From an uncultured Clostridia bacterium (GTDB taxonomy: Bacteria; Bacillota; Clostridia; Christensenellales; UBA1242), in assembly GCA_934754495.1 (NCBI GenBank), contig CAKVHW010000005.1, positions 26,533 through 90,532 on the forward strand: a stretch of DNA of 64,000 bases, given 5' to 3'. The translations under genes were made by a program, and so were the position numbers. Positions 58,165 to 64,000 of the stretch are shown piece by piece; positions within the stretch are counted from its first letter, which is position 1; every line of letters begins with the position of its first letter. The notes under the pieces are model-generated. The model was not told where the DNA came from. It ran no database searches and was given only the letters and a program-made list of their open reading frames with translations.

Positions 58165-58635
58165 ATGAACGGCAAAAAAGTTATTTCAAGTTGTAGACCA
58201 CAAATAGAAAAAATTGTGGCAGAACTTGGCTATGTTTTGGTGGATATTGAGTACACTAAAAAAGTAAATGGAATGGTGCTAGAACTATTTATAGATTCAC
58301 CTAATGGCATCACCCTAAACGATTGCGAAAAGGTGAGCAGGGCTCTTGATAAGCCACTTGACGAAATAAACCCTACAAATGATGAGCCATATTGCTTAAA
58401 TGTTTCGTCACTTGGTCTTGATAGACCACTTACCACAGAATATCAATTCAATAAATATCGTGGTAAAGAAGTTGATGTTAAGTTCTACAAACCAGTTATG
58501 CCTTATAATAAAAAGCTTCTTACGGGAATTTTAGAAAATTGGGACGACAACACTGTTACAATATTGGTTGAGGGCAAACCAGCAATACTACAAAAATCTG
58601 ACATTGCACAAATTGTGCCAGTTATTAATTTTTAA
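58165..58635 (+). CDS. rimP: Ribosome maturation factor RimP
   Basis: Start at MNGKK after an AGGGAG RBS; LVDIEY...L.LFID.P.GI.L.DCE..S motif; immediately upstream of nusA. Confidence 0.9.
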   Translation: MNGKKVISSCRPQIEKIVAELGYVLVDIEYTKKVNGMVLELFIDSPNGITLNDCEKVSRALDKPLDEINPTNDEPYCLNVSSLGLDRPLTTEYQFNKYRGKEVDVKFYKPVMPYNKKLLTGILENWDDNTVTILVEGKPAILQKSDIAQIVPVINF

Positions 58636-58652
58636 AGGAGAAAAATAAAAAA

Positions 58653-59780
58653 ATGACAAGTAAAGATTTTTTTCAAGCATTAGACGATTTACAAGAACAA
58701 AAAGGTATTAATAAGGATTATTTTGTTGAAGCACTAGAAAGTGCTCTTACAAGTGCCTACAAGAAAAACTTTGGCGAAGCAAAAAGTGCATTTGTAAAAC
58801 TAGACCCAGAAAAGAACAGCATTAAGGTTTATTCATACAAAACGGTTGTAGATGAAATTACTGACCCAGATAAAGAAATTTTGTTGGGTGATGCAAAACT
58901 TATTAAGAAGTCATATAAAGTTGGCGATAGAGTAATCCAAGAAGAAATGCCTAAGGATTTTGGTAGAATTGCAGCACAAACAGCAAAACAAGTTGTTATG
59001 CAAAGAATTAAAGATGCCGAACGTAATCGTGTTATGGAAGAAGTTAACACAAAACAAGACGAACTTCTTACAGTAATTGTACGCCGTATTGAAGGTGACA
59101 ATGTTTACTGCGATATGGGCATTACACAAGTTGAAGGTGTTCTTGGTGGAAAAGACAAAATTCCAGGTGAAAAGTACACGCCTAATATGCGTTTGAAAGT
59201 GCTAGTTAGAAATATTAAGGAAAGTTATAATATGCCTTATGTTCAACTTACTCGTACAAGTGCAAACTTTGTAAAAAAACTTTTCGAACTAGAAGTTCCT
59301 GAAGTTCAAAACGAAGAAGTTAAGATTCACAACATCGTAAGAGAAGCCGGCTATCGTACTAAGATTGCTGTGTATAGTGACAATAAGACACTAGATGTTG
59401 TTGGTGCATGCGTAGGTAATAAGGGTATGAGAGTTAATGCAATTGTTAACGAACTTAATGGCGAAAAAATTGACATTGTGCCATATAGTGAAAACCCAGC
59501 AGAATTTATTGCTTCTGCATTAAGCCCTGCAACAGTACTTCATGTAGAAGTAAATCAAAATGAAAAAAAATCTTTGGCTGTTGTTCCTGATGACAAACTT
59601 TCACTTGCAATTGGCAAAGCTGGTCAAAACGTTAGACTTGCAGCAAGACTTACTGGCTGGAAAATTGACGTTAAGGCAAAGAGTGTTGTACCTAGCCTAG
59701 ACCTTGGTGAAAACTATAGCGATGAAAACAATTATGACAACTTGTTTGAAGGCGAAGATGCTTTTGGAGAATTAGAATAG
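58653..59780 (+). CDS. nusA: Transcription termination/antitermination factor NusA
   Basis: N-terminal RNAP-binding domain, S1 domain, two KH domains (GACVGNKGMRVN, AIGKAGQNVRLAARLTGWKIDV). Confidence 0.97.
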   Translation: MTSKDFFQALDDLQEQKGINKDYFVEALESALTSAYKKNFGEAKSAFVKLDPEKNSIKVYSYKTVVDEITDPDKEILLGDAKLIKKSYKVGDRVIQEEMPKDFGRIAAQTAKQVVMQRIKDAERNRVMEEVNTKQDELLTVIVRRIEGDNVYCDMGITQVEGVLGGKDKIPGEKYTPNMRLKVLVRNIKESYNMPYVQLTRTSANFVKKLFELEVPEVQNEEVKIHNIVREAGYRTKIAVYSDNKTLDVVGACVGNKGMRVNAIVNELNGEKIDIVPYSENPAEFIASALSPATVLHVEVNQNEKKSLAVVPDDKLSLAIGKAGQNVRLAARLTGWKIDVKAKSVVPSLDLGENYSDENNYDNLFEGEDAFGELE

Positions 59781-59781
59781 A

Positions 59782-60033
59782 ATGAATAAAAAAGTTGTTC
59801 CTTTAAGGCTATGTTTGGCATGCCGAACTCAAAAGCCTAAAAAAGAAATGATAAGGGTTGTAAAAACCGAGAATGGATATGTGGTTGACCCTACAGGAAA
59901 ACTAAACGGCCGTGGAGCTTATGTGTGCAATAATAAAGAGTGCATTGAAAAGTGTGTAAAAACACATGGCTTTAATAAGTCGTTTAAGGGAAATGTTCCA
60001 GATAGTGTGTATAGCGAAATTAAAGGAGAATAA
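59782..60033 (+). CDS. ylxR: YlxR/RnpM (DUF448) RNA-binding protein
   Basis: PLRLCLACR...KKEMIRVV...D.TGK.NGRGAYVC motif; conserved position after nusA. Confidence 0.9.
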   Translation: MNKKVVPLRLCLACRTQKPKKEMIRVVKTENGYVVDPTGKLNGRGAYVCNNKECIEKCVKTHGFNKSFKGNVPDSVYSEIKGE

Positions 60034-60336
60034 ATGACTAGCAAATTAGAAACATATTTGGGTTTTAGCATTAAAAGTGGAAAAGTTGTGTTTGGCTTTG
60101 ACGCATTAAGTGAAACCACAAAAAATGTAAAACTTGTAGTTGTTTGTTCTACTATTAATGCTAAGGTGGAACAAAAACTTATAAAACTTTGTGAATATAA
60201 AAAATGGGAAATGGTTAAGACCAATGCAGTTTTGGGTGACTTAATTCACCGCAACAACTGTAAGGTTATGGGGTTGTTGGATAAAAACTTGGCTAACGAA
60301 ATACTTAAAAGTAGCGAAGTTAATATAATAAAATAA
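60034..60336 (+). CDS. ylxQ: L7Ae/L30e-family RNA-binding protein YlxQ
   Basis: 100 aa, LGFSIKSGKVVFG motif, conserved position before infB. Confidence 0.85.
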   Translation: MTSKLETYLGFSIKSGKVVFGFDALSETTKNVKLVVVCSTINAKVEQKLIKLCEYKKWEMVKTNAVLGDLIHRNNCKVMGLLDKNLANEILKSSEVNIIK

Positions 60337-60350
60337 GGGAGTGTCGTAAT

Positions 60351-62783
60351 TTGGATAATAGAAACGCACAACAAAACAAAAACACAGTATCATTTGAAAA
60401 ACTTAAAAAACTTAGCCAAATGCTTAATGGAAGCGAGCTAGGTTCTTTTGCCACAGGCATTAGCAAGGCGAAAAAGGCGCTTGATACATACTGCAAATCT
60501 TTAAAGGAAAAAGAAGTTACATCAAAGTCTGCACCTACACAACCTGCAACTACTGCACCAGCGCCTGTTGCTACCAACAAAGTGGAAGAAAAACCTAATA
60601 TTGTGTTCACTCCTAAAAACAATGTTAGACCACAATTTAACCGCAATCAACCTGATTCCCGTGGAAATAATAATAACCCAAGGTTTAATAGAGATGGAAG
60701 TAGGCCACCATTTAACAGAAACAACAGCGACCGTCCTATGGGACAACGTCCAGCTGGTGGTAGAGTAGCATCAAATGGTCAACAAGGTCAAAACCGCCCA
60801 TTTAAGCCATTTGTTAAGGAAGAAAAAGAAGTTTTGTTTGTAAAACCAGAACGTGAGTTTGGTAATAAAAACAAAACAAAACAAGTTAATGACGAGAAAA
60901 AAGAACTTTCTAAAAAAGCAAAAATTAGAATGGGTTATGTTGAAGTAGAAGACTACGAAAACGAAGACGGAAGTGCACGTATTCGTTCCAGCAAACCAAA
61001 AAAACAAAAAGAAGTTGTTGTTCCAGAAAAAACTGAAATTACAAATGCAGTTATTACAGGTGATACACTTACTGTTAAGGATTTATCAGAAAAAATTGGT
61101 AAGCCAGTTGTAGAACTTATTAAGAAGTTTATGATGCTTGGAATGATGCTTAACATCAACAGTAGCATTGACTTTGCAACAGCCGAACTTGTTGCTTCTG
61201 AGTTTGGTGTAACACTAGAACAAAAAATTGAGAAAAATTACGAAGAACAATTGGAAGAAATGTTTGAACAAAGAGCACAAGAAGCCAATGAAAAGCGTCC
61301 ACCAATTGTTACTGTTATGGGGCACGTTGACCATGGTAAAACTTCACTTCTTGATGCAATTAAAAAGACCAATGTAACTGCTGGCGAAGCAGGTGGAATT
61401 ACCCAACATATTGGTGCTTACTCAATTGAAGTAAATAAGAATAAAATCACCTTTATTGATACTCCTGGTCACGAAGCATTTACCGCTATGCGTGCTAGAG
61501 GTGCTAAGGTTACTGATATTGCAATCCTAGTTGTTGCTGCCGATGACGGCATTATGCCACAAACAGTTGAAGCTATTAATCATATTAAGGCTGCCAAAGT
61601 TCCTATGATTGTGGCTATAAACAAAATGGATAAACCTGGTGCTAACCCTGAAAGAGTAAAACAACAACTTACTGAATATGATGTTGTTCCTGAAGAATGG
61701 GGTGGTGACACAATTTGTGTGCCAATTTCTGCTATTAATGGCACAGGTATTGATAAATTACTTGATACAATACTACTTGTTGCTGAAGTTAGCGAACTTA
61801 AAGCAAACCCTAAAAACCCTGCAAGCGGTTATGTACTTGAAAGTCGTGTTGATAAGGGACGTGGTGTAGAAGTTACCGTTGTTGTTAGAGATGGCACACT
61901 TAAAGTTGGTGACTTTGTAATTAGTGGTACTTCTTATGGTAAGGTTAAGGCCATGAACGACTACAAGGGTAACTCGGTTAAGGCTGCTGGACCTAGTATG
62001 GCTGTTTCACTTCTTGGGTTTAATAATGTCCCAGAAGCAGGCGAAAAAGTATACGTTGTAGACGAAAAAATGGGTAAAAACATTGTTGACGAACGTGTTG
62101 CAAGACAACAAGTTGAAATGATTACTAAGACAAACAATGTAACATTGGAAGAATTCTTAAAACAATCTGCTGACAATGAAGTTAAAACGCTTAACCTTAT
62201 TGTTAAAGCCGATGTTAAAGGTTCGGCTGAAGCATTAAAAGCAAGCTTAGAGAAAATTCATAATGACGAAGTTAATGTTAAGGTTATTCATTCTACAGCC
62301 GGTGCTGTAAATGAAAGTGACGTGCTTCTTGCTCAAACAAGTGGTGCAATCATTATTGCTTTCAACGTTAGACCAGATAGCAAGGCAAAAGTTCTTGCAG
62401 AAAGAAATGGTGTTGACATTAAAGCATATCGTGTTATTTATGACGCAATTGATGATGTTACTAAGGCTATTAATGGTATGCTTACTCCTAAATTTGAAGA
62501 AAAAATACTTGGTCATGCCGAAGTTAGACATATCTTTAAAATTAGCAGTGTTGGTACAATTGCTGGTAGTTATGTTCAAGACGGAACAGTTAATAGGGGC
62601 AATAAGATTAGGCTTCTAAGAAGCAATGTTGTTATTGCCGAAACAGAAATTGAGAGTTTACAACAGGGCAAAGACGATGCAAAAACTGTTAAGGCTGGCT
62701 TTGAATGTGGTATCAAACTTAAAAACTATTCCGACATTAAAGATGGCGACATTATAGAAGCTTACGAAGTTCAACAAATTTAA
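60351..62783 (+). CDS. infB: Translation initiation factor IF-2
   Basis: TTG start; low-complexity N-terminal region; G domain [22 protein letters not shown]-terminal domains. Confidence 0.97.
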   Translation: MDNRNAQQNKNTVSFEKLKKLSQMLNGSELGSFATGISKAKKALDTYCKSLKEKEVTSKSAPTQPATTAPAPVATNKVEEKPNIVFTPKNNVRPQFNRNQPDSRGNNNNPRFNRDGSRPPFNRNNSDRPMGQRPAGGRVASNGQQGQNRPFKPFVKEEKEVLFVKPEREFGNKNKTKQVNDEKKELSKKAKIRMGYVEVEDYENEDGSARIRSSKPKKQKEVVVPEKTEITNAVITGDTLTVKDLSEKIGKPVVELIKKFMMLGMMLNINSSIDFATAELVASEFGVTLEQKIEKNYEEQLEEMFEQRAQEANEKRPPIVTVMGHVDHGKTSLLDAIKKTNVTAGEAGGITQHIGAYSIEVNKNKITFIDTPGHEAFTAMRARGAKVTDIAILVVAADDGIMPQTVEAINHIKAAKVPMIVAINKMDKPGANPERVKQQLTEYDVVPEEWGGDTICVPISAINGTGIDKLLDTILLVAEVSELKANPKNPASGYVLESRVDKGRGVEVTVVVRDGTLKVGDFVISGTSYGKVKAMNDYKGNSVKAAGPSMAVSLLGFNNVPEAGEKVYVVDEKMGKNIVDERVARQQVEMITKTNNVTLEEFLKQSADNEVKTLNLIVKADVKGSAEALKASLEKIHNDEVNVKVIHSTAGAVNESDVLLAQTSGAIIIAFNVRPDSKAKVLAERNGVDIKAYRVIYDAIDDVTKAINGMLTPKFEEKILGHAEVRHIFKISSVGTIAGSYVQDGTVNRGNKIRLLRSNVVIAETEIESLQQGKDDAKTVKAGFECGIKLKNYSDIKDGDIIEAYEVQQI

Positions 62784-62794
62784 AAGGAAAATAT

Positions 62795-63148
62795 ATGAAT
62801 AATAGAATTTTAAAGATTAATTCGGAAATTCAAAAATATATTAGCGAAATCATTCACTCCGAGCTAAAAAATCCTAATATTAATGGCATTATTAGTGTTG
62901 TTAAGGTTGATACAACTAATGACCTTAGCATAAGCAAAGTTTATTTGCGTATATTTAATGCCACTGATACACAAGAAGTTTTCAATCAAATTTTGCACTC
63001 TGCTGGTTTTATAAGAAAATCACTTTGTTCAAAACTAGATATTAGAAAAGTGCCATTCCTAGAGTTTTATCTAGACGACAGTATTGAGTACTTTGAAAAG
63101 ATTGAAGGGCTTATTGATAAAATTAACGATGAAAGAAGGGAAAAATGA
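62795..63148 (+). CDS. rbfA: Ribosome-binding factor A
   Basis: R..KINSEIQKYISEII....KNP.....ISV..V....DLS..KVY motif. Confidence 0.92.
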   Translation: MNNRILKINSEIQKYISEIIHSELKNPNINGIISVVKVDTTNDLSISKVYLRIFNATDTQEVFNQILHSAGFIRKSLCSKLDIRKVPFLEFYLDDSIEYFEKIEGLIDKINDERREK

Positions 63149-64000
63149 TTTTTGAAAAAAATGTATTAAACTTAATACACAATTCTAGCGTGGTTGCAAT
63201 TGTGACACACGTTAGACCAGATGCCGACTGTTTGGGGTCGGCTTCTGCTTTAAAAGGGGCTTTGTTGCAACTTGGAAAGAAAGCTGATATTTTCTGTGAT
63301 GGTGAAATATCGGAAAACTACTTGGTTTTGCCATATATTGATAAAATTAACCAAGCAGAATTTAGCGATTATGACACAATAATTGCTGTTGATTGTGGTG
63401 ATATCAATCGCACTGGGAAATATGCTGACTTATTTAAAACTCATGAAAATACACTTTTAATAGACCATCACATGACCGATGATTGGGCAAAAGATATTTT
63501 TACAAAATACACTGTTAAAGAGAATGTTTCAAGCACCGCAGAAATTTTGTTTCATTTGTTTAAAGAATTGGGAGTGGAATTTAATGCTAATAATTGTATG
63601 GGGTTGTATGCAGGAATTTTGACTGACACTGGTGGTTTTTTGCACTCCAACACAACACCTGAAACACATGTTGTTGCTGGTGAAATACTAAAACATGTCC
63701 CTAATATGACCCAACTAAACTATGTTTTAATACAAAAACGTACAGTTGGACAACTAAATGTGTTTAAAGCAGCACTTAACAACTTAAGATATATTTGTGG
63801 CGGAAAAGTTGCAATTACATACCTTACTGAAAGAGATTTTAAACAAAATCATATTTTAAATAGTGAAAACTATGGCATTGTAGATATGTGTGTTAATATT
63901 GATACAGTTGACATTGGCATTTTGATTAGTGAAAAAAGTCCTAATTTATATGCATGTAGTTTACGTGGAAAAAATAAAGATGTTTCAATTATTGCTAAAT
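63145..64000 (+). CDS. nrnA: DHH-family phosphoesterase, NrnA-like oligoribonuclease/pAp phosphatase (3' end off window)
   Basis: Open frame runs to the window edge and is absent from the ORF track. VTHVRPDADCLGSA, AVDCGD, LIDHH, TDTGGF motifs. The ATG overlaps the rbfA stop (ATGA). Confidence 0.88.
   Translation, partial: MIFEKNVLNLIHNSSVVAIVTHVRPDADCLGSASALKGALLQLGKKADIFCDGEISENYLVLPYIDKINQAEFSDYDTIIAVDCGDINRTGKYADLFKTHENTLLIDHHMTDDWAKDIFTKYTVKENVSSTAEILFHLFKELGVEFNANNCMGLYAGILTDTGGFLHSNTTPETHVVAGEILKHVPNMTQLNYVLIQKRTVGQLNVFKAALNNLRYICGGKVAITYLTERDFKQNHILNSENYGIVDMCVNIDTVDIGILISEKSPNLYACSLRGKNKDVSIIAK

Overview
AT-rich, low-GC chromosomal segment with a Firmicutes/Clostridia-like 16S rRNA and gene order, using the standard genetic code. 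Almost every gene after about 29.7 kb is on the + strand, so one replication direction probably runs through the whole window. The window is mostly several conserved Firmicute housekeeping blocks joined end to end and visibly streamlined. Block 1: YtlACD-like ABC importer, valS, and a ylbJ / ylbK-like patatin / tmcAL neighbourhood. Block 2: pta-ackA. Block 3: rpmF-plsX-rnc-smc-ftsY-ylxM-ffh-rpsP-KH-rimM-trmD-rbgA-rnhB-yraN-rplS. Block 4: lysS. Block 5: comM-dprA-topA-trmFO-hslVU, then tcdA and trxA. Block 6: iscR-nifS-nifU. Block 7: a 16S rRNA gene, rplM-rpsI, a minus-strand tRNA-Val, and ruvX. Block 8: rpsB-tsf-[gap]-frr-uppS-cdsA-rseP-[PolC-like]-rimP-nusA-ylxR-ylxQ-infB-rbfA-nrnA. No integrase, transposase, cas gene or recognisable defence gene was seen. 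Seven things are not explained by ordinary annotation. (1) A 522-aa protein with PolC-like N-terminal, OB and exonuclease parts but no polymerase core sits in the canonical polC slot. (2) An 848-aa secreted chimera joins a TasA/camelysin-like N-terminus to phage receptor-binding-like modules, just upstream of the 16S gene. (3) The 16S gene is a self-contained unit with its own promoter, processing stem and terminator, and no 23S or 5S follows in the next 18 kb. (4) Two motif-rich, AT-rich noncoding modules share a roughly 17-20 nt motif on opposite strands and bracket an 8.8 kb segment. (5) Three 31-33 bp direct repeats at exact 61 bp spacing occupy the position where pyrH normally lies. (6) Several orphan genes are interleaved with ribosomal-protein operons. 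(7) Lys-rich extensions are present on S9 and IscU. All homology statements come from reading motifs by eye; no database search was run.
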